NCBI GenBank assembly: GCA_965116815.1
Contig: OZ220722.1
Coordinates: 149,962-213,961 of the forward strand
Length of the DNA stretch: 64,000 nucleotides
Direction: 5' to 3'
Origin: Candidatus Poribacteria bacterium
GTDB lineage: Bacteria > Poribacteria > WGA-4E > WGA-3G
The stretch's first letter is position 1; the number at the start of each line of letters is the position of its first letter. Positions 38,227 to 47,537 of this stretch are shown one piece after another. The translations under genes and the position numbers were made by a program. Below the pieces are notes generated by a model, which did no database searches, had not been told where the DNA came from, and saw nothing but the letters and a program-made list of their open reading frames with translations.

Positions 38227-39273
38227 TCAACGAGGTGACATTACAAGGAGTCCGTCTTTGATTATTTCAATTGTAGCAGGGGTTTCGCACATCGGTTCGC
38301 CGTCCGCATACAGTAGCATCGGCGTGTCAGTCTCAATTGTTAACGTACGGGTTTGGTGCATAGAGACAGCCGGATGTGATACATGCCCACCCCAAAAGAG
38401 CGTCACCATGAGTCGAAGCACCGTCAGAGAAGAAACTGGTCGGATAATACAGACATCGAAAAGCCCATCGTCGATTTGCGCATTCGGAACAATTTGAAAT
38501 CCACCACCGTATCGATTCGTGATCCCGGTCGCCGCGAGGAGGAGTGGTCCTTCGTGTGTACCAAAATCTCCTTCAAGTCGCACAAAAGGTGGTTCATAGT
38601 AGAACAACGTCTCGACCGCTGCGTAAGCGTAGGAAGCAGTCCCCGCAAACAACGGTGTTCCCTTCGCCGCGCGACGACTCACCTCCGTATCATATCCGCA
38701 GGTAGCAATGGTGGTGAAATAGTTGTCAGCCGTCGGCTCTCGGCTATCAGCGGAAAGAATTGTCGGTTGTCGGTTGTCAGTATCTGGTTGGAAGGCTGGA
38801 AGGCTGGAAGGATCGGTCCCCACTCTTCCGCCCTTCCTCTCTTCCATTCCAAGCTCCTGCTGATCGCTGACGGCTGACGGCTGACGGCTATTATAGCAGC
38901 GTCCTAAATCGACGCGGATAGGGGTGCCAGCTAAAAGAGTTGCTATCGCAGCGTCAGGTTTCAGTGGGATACCAACTGCTGCTGCAAAATCATTGCCGCG
39001 ACCACACGGAAGCACACCTAACGTTACATCCGGTGCCACCGCAATGCCGTTGACGACTTCGTGGAGTGTACCATCACCACCACAAGCAATCACCGACTGA
39101 ATGCCATTAGAAACGGCTTCTCGTGCGAAACGCATCGCATCCCCAGATGCTGCAGTGAACACCAATTGTCCTTGATATCCAGATTCAGTGAGGGCAGCAT
39201 AAGCCTGCTCAGCAATATTTCTTGCGTGCCCCTTACCGGAAATTGGGTTTGCGATGAGAATAAAATTTTTCAT
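38227..39273 (-). CDS. Diacylglycerol/lipid kinase family (YegS/BmrU-like) carrying a repeat-derived in-frame insertion
   Basis: ANPISGKG and CGGDGTLHEVVNG catalytic motifs. About 57 extra residues between VDLGRC and YFTTIATCGYD are encoded by a palindromic element. Confidence 0.75.
   Translation of the reverse strand: MKNFILIANPISGKGHARNIAEQAYAALTESGYQGQLVFTAASGDAMRFAREAVSNGIQSVIACGGDGTLHEVVNGIAVAPDVTLGVLPCGRGNDFAAAVGIPLKPDAAIATLLAGTPIRVDLGRCYNSRQPSAVSDQQELGMEERKGGRVGTDPSSLPAFQPDTDNRQPTILSADSREPTADNYFTTIATCGYDTEVSRRAAKGTPLFAGTASYAYAAVETLFYYEPPFVRLEGDFGTHEGPLLLAATGITNRYGGGFQIVPNAQIDDGLFDVCIIRPVSSLTVLRLMVTLFWGGHVSHPAVSMHQTRTLTIETDTPMLLYADGEPMCETPATIEIIKDGLLVMSPR
38721..38890. repeat. Palindromic element (A-variant arms + family C core) inside the lipid kinase CDS
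   Basis: Arms GTTGTCAGCCGTCGGCTCTCGGCTATCAGCGG / CCTGCTGATCGCTGACGGCTGACGGCTGACGGC. Core GGAAGGCTGGAAGGCTGGAAGGATCGGTCCCC...CTTCCATTCC. Confidence 0.7.
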
Positions 39274-39274
39274 T

Positions 39275-39399
39275 GGTTAACGGTTGTCGGTCATTAGAGA
39301 AATGGCTGTCAGCAATCAACCGTCAGCAGTCAGAAGAGATTTCTGTGGAATTGTGATAGTTTTACACACCACAGCCCGATAACTGAAAACTGATAACTA
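39275..39399. repeat. Family A palindromic element
   Basis: GGTTAACGGTTGTCGGTCATT...GGCTGTCAGCAATCAACCGTCAGCAGTCAGAAGAG...CCCGATAACTGAAAACTGATAACTA. The terminal CTA is the TAG stop of 39397-43548. Confidence 0.65.
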
Positions 39400-42300
39400 T
39401 TTTATCACCGCGATTTTGCCGACCTTTTTCTCCGTATCAAATTCAAGGACATAGATATAAACACCCGTCGATACATCCGCTGTGTTATTGCTCGTCAGCC
39501 ACCACTCCTTACGATTGTGGTCCTGATCGGTCACATCCAACGTTTCAAGCAACTCACCTCTTGCGGTGAAGAGCTGGATGCGTGTGCCGACGGGTAGCCG
39601 GTCAAATGTGATTGCACCTTTATCAGCCACATTCGGACGCACCGGATTTGGATAGACACGGACCTGTGTCAGATCTGACACTGCTACCTCCATAATACCG
39701 AGCGGTATTTCAAGGGGACGCGTAGAAGCACGGATAGGGTTTTCATCGATATCACTCACATTGGACACAGTAATTTCATACTGATCCGTTGTACCAATAA
39801 GTGATTGTCCGAAGTGCGCAAAAAGCCTCTCTGTATCAAACGCCAAGAGGGCACGTCTGCCCATCCGATCGCGAATGGCAGATGCCGGATTCACACCACC
39901 AATCCGCTTCTCGGCTCGCAAGACATATCGGTTCTCGTCACCGATTCCGAGGTCCATCCGTCGGTCAAATGTAACGAGCACCCAGAAATTTCCTTGCATG
40001 GAAACCTCACTGGGTATGGCAATCTGAGATTCAGGTTGCACCTCTCCGGGACGGTGATAAGCTGCACGGATTAATTGGGGCGGTTCTCGCGGTGTAGCAG
40101 AAACAGCCTCAGTGCGTCGTGTTTCTTTTCCCTCTTCATTTTTCGCCGTGATGGTGTACCAGTAGGTATTATCCTTTGTTACCTGTCTGTCTAAGAACCT
40201 TGTGACGGTGAGGTTTTCCGCGACCTTTTTATACTCGTCATTTGCGGGTTCCTGCGCCTTTTCACCCTGCGCGCGGTAGACAGTAAAGTAGAGGGTCTGC
40301 TGTAGGGGCGAGGTCACCTCGTCCCTACTCGCCTCGTCGTCCTGTTCAGCGTCCCATGTAACATGCACTGCCTTTTCCGTCAACGGCCTCGCTTCAAGGT
40401 TCCACGGCATGAGTGCATCAATAGCATCAGGATCCGTCGCGAAAATGGATTCAAAGCGATAAATTCCATCCTCAAGATTCACATAAAACTCGTCAAACCC
40501 GTTTTGATTGAGATCCACCGTAAAAAGAGCAGGCGTTTCCTCCATTCTCCGATGCCAAAGTGGCCGCAACGCCGCGCCATCCCACTGCATTACAAAGAGA
40601 TTCGGATAGGTAGCAACAACCAATACATTAGAACCATCACTATTCAGGTCTCCGATCGAGAGAGCGTTTCCTCTCAACCGGTGCGGCGCAATCGCGACAG
40701 CCGCATCGCGTGTTCCATCCGAGAGCATCGCGTAGCCGCTCGGTGTGTGCGTAAAAACAAAGAACTTCCAGATACGCGGTCCCGAAGGATTATCCGGTAG
40801 CGATAGTAAGCCACCAACGACAAACTCAGAAATACCATCACCCGTGAGATCGCCTACAGTAAATTGTGTGATGTCCTTAAGCGGAAGTTGTGTTTGCCAC
40901 TCAAGACGGAACGTATTACGGATGGAAGTAGATTCATAAACGAAAAGATCACCTTCGCTATCCGCTGCCACTAACTCCACGCTCCCATCACTATCAAAAT
41001 CGTCAATAGCGAAACGTTGCGCGAATACATTGGAACCGGCGGATTCGTTAACCAATACGGCACCCTCAAGATATGTGTTTGTTATACTGTCGTATTCAAA
41101 GATAAGGAGTCGATCGTTGTTGTTATCGGCACCGATAATCTCTTTTTGTTCATCTCGATCTAAATCAGCAATGACACCACCGGACAGAAAAGGTGTTTCC
41201 CAGATAATCTGGTGAGGGTACCCACCCGGCGTGGTGCTCTCAATGAGAAAGGTTCGCGCATCGTCGGTAGCGAGTACTTCGAGTAAACCGTCCCCGTCGG
41301 TATCATCCACCGCCCATGTAACGAATCCCTCTAAATTGGAAAGTCCATCTACAGTCTCAAGCGTATGTGCCAATTCATATCGATTGCCACTTGGAAGACT
41401 TTCATAGATGGCGAGGATAGCAGACTGCAACTCGGGGTCAACTATATCAGATGTAGATGGGCTTCCGACGATTTCCAGCAAACCGTCTCCGTCGAAATCC
41501 GCAGTAACACTTGCGATGTGGAGCGGTGGGATACTTATAGCCTTTTCAGTGAACCCGCTCGGCGAAATATGTCCACCGACAACGTCAATCGTATAAAACG
41601 CGCCGCCGTTATCCTGCCTTGCCTTGAGGTTCGTTGTATTCTCCGCCTCAACAAAAAACTGATAGGTGCCACTGTCGAAACCCAAAGAAAGGAAATGCTC
41701 TACACCGAGATCGGTTTTCTCAATAGGTGCGAAAGGCGAGAGACTGTCTTTCCGGCGGTAATAGAGTGTATTCCGGGTGACATCATCTGTCGCCCATGTG
41801 AAAATCGTAAGTCCTCGCTCACCGTAAAGGGTCTCTGTTGCAGTAAGAGAGATAATTTGGGGCGGGGTCCGGTCTATACTCAAAACAACTTGGTCGTGTA
41901 TCTGTTGTCCATCTGTGGCTGTCGCTGTTAAGCGGACGGTGTAGATGCCTTCTGGAACGGCTGTCGTATCCCAAACAACCAAGGTCTCACCGATTTTCTG
42001 TGTAGCGTCGGATTCGGTGAAAGGCGTAAACTCAACAGGGACCGTAGATGCTCCATAACTCATCTGCCAAGAGTGAAACTTATAGCCCCCGGCAGTCCCA
42101 ACGACGGTAATCGTATCCGCACCACCGCTATTGGTTTCAGGAGCGAGGATACGCGCTTGCAATGCACTACTTGCGAGTAGCGCGCGTTCGGCGTTCACAG
42201 TGCCTGCCCCGACAAATTTTTCATCCAATACATCACTATCCTCTTGGTAGACAGGGTCAGCGGTGTTAATGAGTATGTGCCGGACCTCTTCATGCGTCAG

Positions 42301-43548
42301 TGCCGGACGTTTGGACAGGATTAACGCTGCAACACCCGCAACATGCGGCGAAGCCATAGAAGTTCCTGTTAGGAGTCGATACTGGTTGTTAATCTGGGTA
42401 CTGAGAATGACGTTGCCCGGTGCCCCGATGTCCACAGACGCACCGAAATTGGACTGGTAGAACCGTTGTTGATTCTGCTCAGTTGATGCAACAGCGATAA
42501 CCTTTCGGTAGGCAGCAGGGAAAATCGCGGCAGCCTTCTGAGAATTGCCAGCAGCAGCGACCAATACAACACCCCGGGCATACGCATAATCAATCGCATC
42601 CTGAATGACGAAAGAGCGGTGTTCACTGCCCCAACTCATGTTGATAACGCTCGCGCCACTGTCGGCGGCATAGACAATCGCTGCGGCGGAATCATCGTCC
42701 TGCATTCGGGAACTTCCACCGAGGGAGAGACCAGCGCGGATCGCCATGAGCGGACAGTCCCACGCAACGCCAGCGATACCGATTCCGTTATCAGGCATCG
42801 CACCGGCAATGCCTGCAACATGTGTGCCGTGTCCCTTTTCATCAATAGGCTCGTTATCACCTTCGATGTAATCACCCTCTCCTTGCAAATTAGGTGCATC
42901 GGTAAAATCCCAACCGTAGACATCGTCGACATAACCGTTGCCATCGTCGTCAAGATCGTTATCTGGAACTTCGCCCGGATTTATCCACGCTTTGGGTGCC
43001 AAATCATCGTGTCTGTAATCAATGCCGGAATCGATGATGGCAATCACGACCTCTCGATTCCCCTTTTCGATCGCCCACGCCTGTGGTAATTTCATTAACG
43101 GTAGATTCCACTGTTCGGAATACTTCGGATCATTCGGAACGACCGCGTCCACTAACGTTGGGCGGAGGTAGTTATACGCAACCGCCTCAATGAGCGGACT
43201 CTGCTCATAAATACCGCTAAGCTCCTCCAGTGGCGCATCAGGGGCAAACCGCAACAGATAGATACGTTTTAGGTTTGGATTCAGTGAGGTGCGAGCGAGG
43301 TATGGAAACAATTGATGTAAGGACTCAACCTTGTGCTTCGCGTGCAGGATGGCGATAGGTGCATTCGCTTGCAATCGCTGAACATCCGCTGCTGCCTCTG
43401 GGGTTAAACGAATTAGGAGTTCACCCGGGGTAATGTGCGGGACAATCTCCGCTACAGGCGGATTCTCCGCTTTAATTAGCGAGAACTCGGAGCAGATTAA
43501 AATTATTAAAAGTAAGATACCTACCGGTAAAATCTTAGAGCATTTCAT
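39397..43548 (-). CDS. Secreted subtilisin-like (S8) serine protease with FG-GAP/VCBS repeats and T9SS/FlgD-Ig-like C-terminal domain
   Basis: Catalytic triad contexts DSGIDYRHDDL, HGTHVAGIAG, GTSMASPHVAGVAAL. Seven DxDGDG-type FG-GAP repeats. C-terminus VRVYPNPVRP...GVYIYVLEFDTEKKVGKIAVIK. Confidence 0.85.
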   Translation of the reverse strand: MKCSKILPVGILLLIILICSEFSLIKAENPPVAEIVPHITPGELLIRLTPEAAADVQRLQANAPIAILHAKHKVESLHQLFPYLARTSLNPNLKRIYLLRFAPDAPLEELSGIYEQSPLIEAVAYNYLRPTLVDAVVPNDPKYSEQWNLPLMKLPQAWAIEKGNREVVIAIIDSGIDYRHDDLAPKAWINPGEVPDNDLDDDGNGYVDDVYGWDFTDAPNLQGEGDYIEGDNEPIDEKGHGTHVAGIAGAMPDNGIGIAGVAWDCPLMAIRAGLSLGGSSRMQDDDSAAAIVYAADSGASVINMSWGSEHRSFVIQDAIDYAYARGVVLVAAAGNSQKAAAIFPAAYRKVIAVASTEQNQQRFYQSNFGASVDIGAPGNVILSTQINNQYRLLTGTSMASPHVAGVAALILSKRPALTHEEVRHILINTADPVYQEDSDVLDEKFVGAGTVNAERALLASSALQARILAPETNSGGADTITVVGTAGGYKFHSWQMSYGASTVPVEFTPFTESDATQKIGETLVVWDTTAVPEGIYTVRLTATATDGQQIHDQVVLSIDRTPPQIISLTATETLYGERGLTIFTWATDDVTRNTLYYRRKDSLSPFAPIEKTDLGVEHFLSLGFDSGTYQFFVEAENTTNLKARQDNGGAFYTIDVVGGHISPSGFTEKAISIPPLHIASVTADFDGDGLLEIVGSPSTSDIVDPELQSAILAIYESLPSGNRYELAHTLETVDGLSNLEGFVTWAVDDTDGDGLLEVLATDDARTFLIESTTPGGYPHQIIWETPFLSGGVIADLDRDEQKEIIGADNNNDRLLIFEYDSITNTYLEGAVLVNESAGSNVFAQRFAIDDFDSDGSVELVAADSEGDLFVYESTSIRNTFRLEWQTQLPLKDITQFTVGDLTGDGISEFVVGGLLSLPDNPSGPRIWKFFVFTHTPSGYAMLSDGTRDAAVAIAPHRLRGNALSIGDLNSDGSNVLVVATYPNLFVMQWDGAALRPLWHRRMEETPALFTVDLNQNGFDEFYVNLEDGIYRFESIFATDPDAIDALMPWNLEARPLTEKAVHVTWDAEQDDEASRDEVTSPLQQTLYFTVYRAQGEKAQEPANDEYKKVAENLTVTRFLDRQVTKDNTYWYTITAKNEEGKETRRTEAVSATPREPPQLIRAAYHRPGEVQPESQIAIPSEVSMQGNFWVLVTFDRRMDLGIGDENRYVLRAEKRIGGVNPASAIRDRMGRRALLAFDTERLFAHFGQSLIGTTDQYEITVSNVSDIDENPIRASTRPLEIPLGIMEVAVSDLTQVRVYPNPVRPNVADKGAITFDRLPVGTRIQLFTARGELLETLDVTDQDHNRKEWWLTSNNTADVSTGVYIYVLEFDTEKKVGKIAVIK

Positions 43549-43549
43549 A

Positions 43550-43657
43550 ATGGCTATCGGTTGTTGGCTATCGGCTGTCGGTTTTCAGCCATCAGCAAAG
43601 AGGCATTGTGATAGGACAGCATATTTGCATCTGCCACATACCGATTGCTGACCGTTC
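43550..43657. repeat. Family A-variant palindromic element
   Basis: ATGGCTATCGGTTGTTGGCTATCGGCTGTCGGTTTTCAGCCATCAGCAAAGAGG ... CCGATTGCTGACCGTTCAC. Confidence 0.55.
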
Positions 43658-43672
43658 ACTCATTTGTCTGAA

Positions 43673-43688
43673 TCAGGATTTTCAGGAT
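43673..43688. promoter_or_regulatory. Direct-repeat motif TCAGGAT-N2-TCAGGAT (candidate operator)
   Basis: About 125-140 nt upstream of the S8 protease start. A near-identical motif in a 30-nt conserved context lies at 46492-46507. Confidence 0.3.
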
Positions 43689-43884
43689 GATACATCTCTT
43701 TTTTATTACCTACCCTCGACCAAAGGCAGTGGCTTGTAATACGTATAAAAATAACGCATACATTGGCGTTAGCAAGTTAAATTATTTTAGCATATCATTA
43801 AAGAAAAAAATAGCAAAAGCGGAATCAGGACATCTGTCGGTCATCAACTGTCTATACATCTTTTGGTTTCATAGAGCTGAATTA

Positions 43885-43930
43885 ATAAAAGTAAAAGCCT
43901 TGCCATCAGCGGATGACTGATGACAAGGCT
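43885..43930 (-). terminator. Rho-independent terminator of the fused SBP gene
   Basis: Minus strand: AGCCTTGTCATCA-GTCATCCGC-TGATGGCAAGGCT (13-bp stem, 1 mismatch) followed by TTTTACTTTTATT. Confidence 0.6.
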
Positions 43931-43956
43931 CTGTTTATATTCATCCAATGGCGAGG

Positions 43957-46194
43957 TTATTCAAAGAGTTGAAGTGCCCCGTCCTTGACCATAAGTATAG
44001 TCGCGTCATATACTGCCTCGCCATTGGGGTCAAACGAGAAATTCCCTAAAATCGTTGGGAAATCCATCGTCTGCGCCAAGGCATCTCGGATCGCAGCGGG
44101 ATCTATTGATTGTGCGTCCGCAATCGCGTCGGCGAGAATGTAGAGTGTCGCGTACGATAGTGCCGCCCACGGTCCAGGTTCATAACCGTATTCCGCCTGA
44201 TAATGCTGGACGAAGGCTTGGCTGCTGGGTATGGTAGACAGACCCGTCCATGCCGTAAACGCTATTGCCCCCTCGGCGGCATCGCCCACCTGTTGGAGTT
44301 CTATTGCAGTCAGATCAGGAACAATCAGTTGAATAGTGTCAGGGATACCGAGCTCACCCGCTTGAATGATAACCTGCACCATCTCTACTGACAAGGCAGA
44401 GACAAAGAGTGCATCAGGCTGCGGATCCAAGTTCATGATGTTGGTTAACTGCTCAGAAAAATCGGTCTCTCCCTTTTCAAAGGTTTCCTCGGTCAAAATC
44501 TCGACACCGCTCGCCTCAAGTGCTTTCTTTATCTCATCGTTGCTACTTATGGCGTAGGTATCAGCGGCATCGTATATCAGTGCCACTTTCTCATAACCGA
44601 GTTTCTCGTGAGTCGCCTTCACACCACTCGGATTCATTATATCTACAGCGATACCGGCGCGGAAGACATAATCCCCAATCGAGCTCAAACCCGCAGCGGT
44701 AGAAACCGAACTAAAAGCGACCACTCCCGCCTCTTGCGCAATCGGAAAAGCGTCTTCAAGGTAATCTGAGATAGCGATTCCGACAATCGCAGGTACGCCC
44801 TGGTCCACCAATCCTTGTACGGCTGCAATTGCCCCCGCTTCGGAACTCTGATCGTCCGCCGGAACGAACATGATGTTCGCATCGCTGAGCATATTAATCT
44901 CTTTTTGTGCCAACTCAAAGCCGCGTTTCATCGGAAGCCCATACGGTTCGGCATCTTCCCCTGTTAAGGATACGACAAGACCGATGGGAATCGTTGGACC
45001 AGCAGTCATCTGAGGTGCTGCCGCTTCAAAGGGCTGAAGCTTCCCGTCTTTTACGATATGCACAACCCGTTCCCTAACCCGATCATACATTGCCTCTCCG
45101 TTGGGATCAAACGAAAAATTTCCTAAAATCGTTGGGAAATCCATCGTCTGCGCCAAAGCGTCCCGAATCGCAGCAGAATCTGTCGATTGTGCATGCTCAA
45201 TCGCGTTGGCGAGGATATGGAGCGTCGCATACGCTTGTGCCGCCCACGGTAAAGGTTCAGAATGGTACTTCGCCTGATACTTCTGGACGAAGGCTTGGTT
45301 ACCGGGTGCGTCAGAGCCAGCAGACCATCCAGAAACAGTTATCGTCCCCTCGGCAGCATCGCCAGCCGCTTGGATCTCTTTTATAGTCAAATCAGGAACA
45401 ATAAAGTGAACGGAATCAGGGATACCGATCGCGCGCCCTTGAACAATAATCTGCACCATCTCCGTTGCCAGTGCAGAGATAAAGACCGCATCGGGTGCCA
45501 TATCCATTATACTGGTGAGTTGTGCAGAAAAATCGGTATCGTGGGTTTGGAAAGTTTCCTGGGTCAGAATCTCAACACCACCTGCCGCAAGTGCTTTCGT
45601 TATCTCCTCATTACTACTTGTGGAGTAGGTATCTGCGGCATCGTATATCGTTGCCACTTTTGTATAGTCGAGTTTTGCCTGTGTTATCTCCAAACCAACT
45701 GGGTTCAGTATATTTACGGCGAGACCAGCCCGAAAAATATAATCCCCAAGACTGCTTAAACCCGCAGCGGAGGAGATCGGACTAAAAGCGACCACTCCCG
45801 CCTCTTGCGCTATCGGAAAAGCCTGTTCGAGATGTGTTGAGATACCAATACCGACGATAGCGGGTACGCCTTGATCCACCAAGGTCTGGACAGCTGCCTT
45901 TCCACCTTCTACGGTACTCAGAGCATCCTCAGTGACGAACGTGATGTTCACATCGCTGAGCATATTAATCTCTTCTTTTGCTAACTCAAGACCACGTTGC
46001 ATTGGAATCCCATACGATTCGGCGTTATCCCCCGTCAGAGCTACAGCAACACCGATGGGTATCCCTTCATCTGGCATCGGAGGGGTTTCGGTATCAGGCA
46101 CTATCTTAGCGACCTTTTCGCAACCGGAAAGCCCGACAACTAAGGCAACAATCGCGAAAATAAACGCGAATGTTACGATTCTTCTTACATTCAT
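43957..46194 (-). CDS. Lipoprotein made of two tandem LivK-like (type I periplasmic binding) domains
   Basis: Lipobox LSGC. Two roughly 350-aa halves are highly similar (EEINMLSDVNITFV...VDQGVPAIVGIGIS... vs KEINMLSDANIMFV...VDQGVPAIVGIAIS...). Both halves end ...MDFPTILGNFSFDPNGEA. Confidence 0.8.
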   Translation of the reverse strand: MNVRRIVTFAFIFAIVALVVGLSGCEKVAKIVPDTETPPMPDEGIPIGVAVALTGDNAESYGIPMQRGLELAKEEINMLSDVNITFVTEDALSTVEGGKAAVQTLVDQGVPAIVGIGISTHLEQAFPIAQEAGVVAFSPISSAAGLSSLGDYIFRAGLAVNILNPVGLEITQAKLDYTKVATIYDAADTYSTSSNEEITKALAAGGVEILTQETFQTHDTDFSAQLTSIMDMAPDAVFISALATEMVQIIVQGRAIGIPDSVHFIVPDLTIKEIQAAGDAAEGTITVSGWSAGSDAPGNQAFVQKYQAKYHSEPLPWAAQAYATLHILANAIEHAQSTDSAAIRDALAQTMDFPTILGNFSFDPNGEAMYDRVRERVVHIVKDGKLQPFEAAAPQMTAGPTIPIGLVVSLTGEDAEPYGLPMKRGFELAQKEINMLSDANIMFVPADDQSSEAGAIAAVQGLVDQGVPAIVGIAISDYLEDAFPIAQEAGVVAFSSVSTAAGLSSIGDYVFRAGIAVDIMNPSGVKATHEKLGYEKVALIYDAADTYAISSNDEIKKALEASGVEILTEETFEKGETDFSEQLTNIMNLDPQPDALFVSALSVEMVQVIIQAGELGIPDTIQLIVPDLTAIELQQVGDAAEGAIAFTAWTGLSTIPSSQAFVQHYQAEYGYEPGPWAALSYATLYILADAIADAQSIDPAAIRDALAQTMDFPTILGNFSFDPNGEAVYDATILMVKDGALQLFE

Positions 46195-46491
46195 GTTAAA
46201 TCTCCTTTATTTTCAAATGAAAATTCGGGCAGGGCAATTAAGACAAATAACAAAAACGCCACTGCCTTCAACCAGATTTGTCGTCAGCAAAAAGAAATTT
46301 TGTATTAAGCCCCATTGACACCCAAAAACCGATTTGGGGTTAAGTATCCTAAGACAACGTTCTGGTGTAAAAAACAAAATCTGTACCAACCATTATTTTT
46401 TGGTTGGAAGTTGGTGTCAACTGAAAAAACGAAAGATATAGTTTTCGGTTTCAAACATCATTGACAGAGGGCATAGGGTTTAATTTGTAGA

Positions 46492-46507
46492 ATCAGGATT
46501 GACAGGA
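46492..46507. promoter_or_regulatory. Direct-repeat motif TCAGGAT-N2-ACAGGAT (candidate operator)
   Basis: About 300 nt upstream of the SBP start. The context ATTTGTAGAATCAGGATTGACAGGATTAG matches 43662-43691. Confidence 0.3.
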
Positions 46508-46553
46508 TTAGCGGATAGACAGAATTAAAAAGAGGCGAGATTGAAAATCTTAC

Positions 46554-47489
46554 CTATTTCACCGGAGAAAATACAGCCAACACCTCCGATGTTTTTTCAT
46601 CAGCAATAACAGTTACGAGATTCCCGCGACTGTGATTAGAAAAATTGACCACCCACGCGAATCCTTGAAACGATAGATATGCGTGAACACCGTTCTGACC
46701 GGTTAAAGCAATTTTTACACGCGCGTCCGATTTTGCGATACGAAGTATTACGTCCTTCGTCTGTCCAGAAGAAAACTGCTGGGTCTTCAGTAAATCCACT
46801 ATCCGCTTACCCTTATCTACCGCTCGCGGCAACGCTTTCGGGTTTTGCTGCGCCAGATTTCGGAGTAGCGATGCATGTTGACGATATGTGTCCCTGTGCT
46901 TTTGATAGTTCTTGAGTCCGTAGGCAACTGGAATCCGTTCGTATTGCGCTGCACACATCTTCGCTGCATCCGATTCGAGGTGAAGCACCTTTACATAATC
47001 GCCGCTCTGTTCCGCCAACTCCCGCTGTTTCCTGAAGAAGGTCGGATAGATGCCATATTCATAAAACCGATCCGGATAGCGCGGTAACCATACTGCGATA
47101 AACTTCGCGATATTTTCGCGCTCGGTGTCCAGAACTGAAAAGGCATCGGGGTTAGAAACTCCACCCACAAATTCCTGCCATGCGGTCTCGGCACGCGTGC
47201 AGTGATATTGGTGCTGTTTCTGAATCTCACGCGCCTCTTTTTCCGCCCGTGCTGCCCACTTCTGGTATCCGTACCGTCTGTAGTAGTCGTGCGCAATCTC
47301 GTTCATTGGAACAGAGATACGTATGAGACATTCTGCTGCGGCTTCGTGCCAGAGCGCGAGCTTTCCAAAGTCGCCAGACCGCTCGTAACGTTTGATAAAA
47401 ACCTCAGCAGTGGCTGTACCTTCTCGGATCGCCATAGTTGGCTGTGCAGTGAGAAGGAGAATAGGAAAGAGCAATAAGGCACGAAGCAA
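46554..47489 (-). CDS. Hypothetical secreted protein
   Basis: Signal peptide MLRALLLFPILLLTAQPTMA. Helical, charged sequence. No recognisable motif. Confidence 0.55.
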   Translation of the reverse strand: MLRALLLFPILLLTAQPTMAIREGTATAEVFIKRYERSGDFGKLALWHEAAAECLIRISVPMNEIAHDYYRRYGYQKWAARAEKEAREIQKQHQYHCTRAETAWQEFVGGVSNPDAFSVLDTERENIAKFIAVWLPRYPDRFYEYGIYPTFFRKQRELAEQSGDYVKVLHLESDAAKMCAAQYERIPVAYGLKNYQKHRDTYRQHASLLRNLAQQNPKALPRAVDKGKRIVDLLKTQQFSSGQTKDVILRIAKSDARVKIALTGQNGVHAYLSFQGFAWVVNFSNHSRGNLVTVIADEKTSEVLAVFSPVK

Positions 47490-47537
47490 AGGGCGTTCTC
47501 CTTAAGTGGCGGACAGAAACCAAACGGCAGCTGTCCA

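Noticed and set aside
46365-46408. Hairpin CCAACC-N10-GGTTGG followed by a T-rich tract on the minus strand, as a terminator for 46554-47489.
   Set aside because: The stem is only 6 bp with a 10-nt loop, about 150 nt from the stop codon. Too weak to call.
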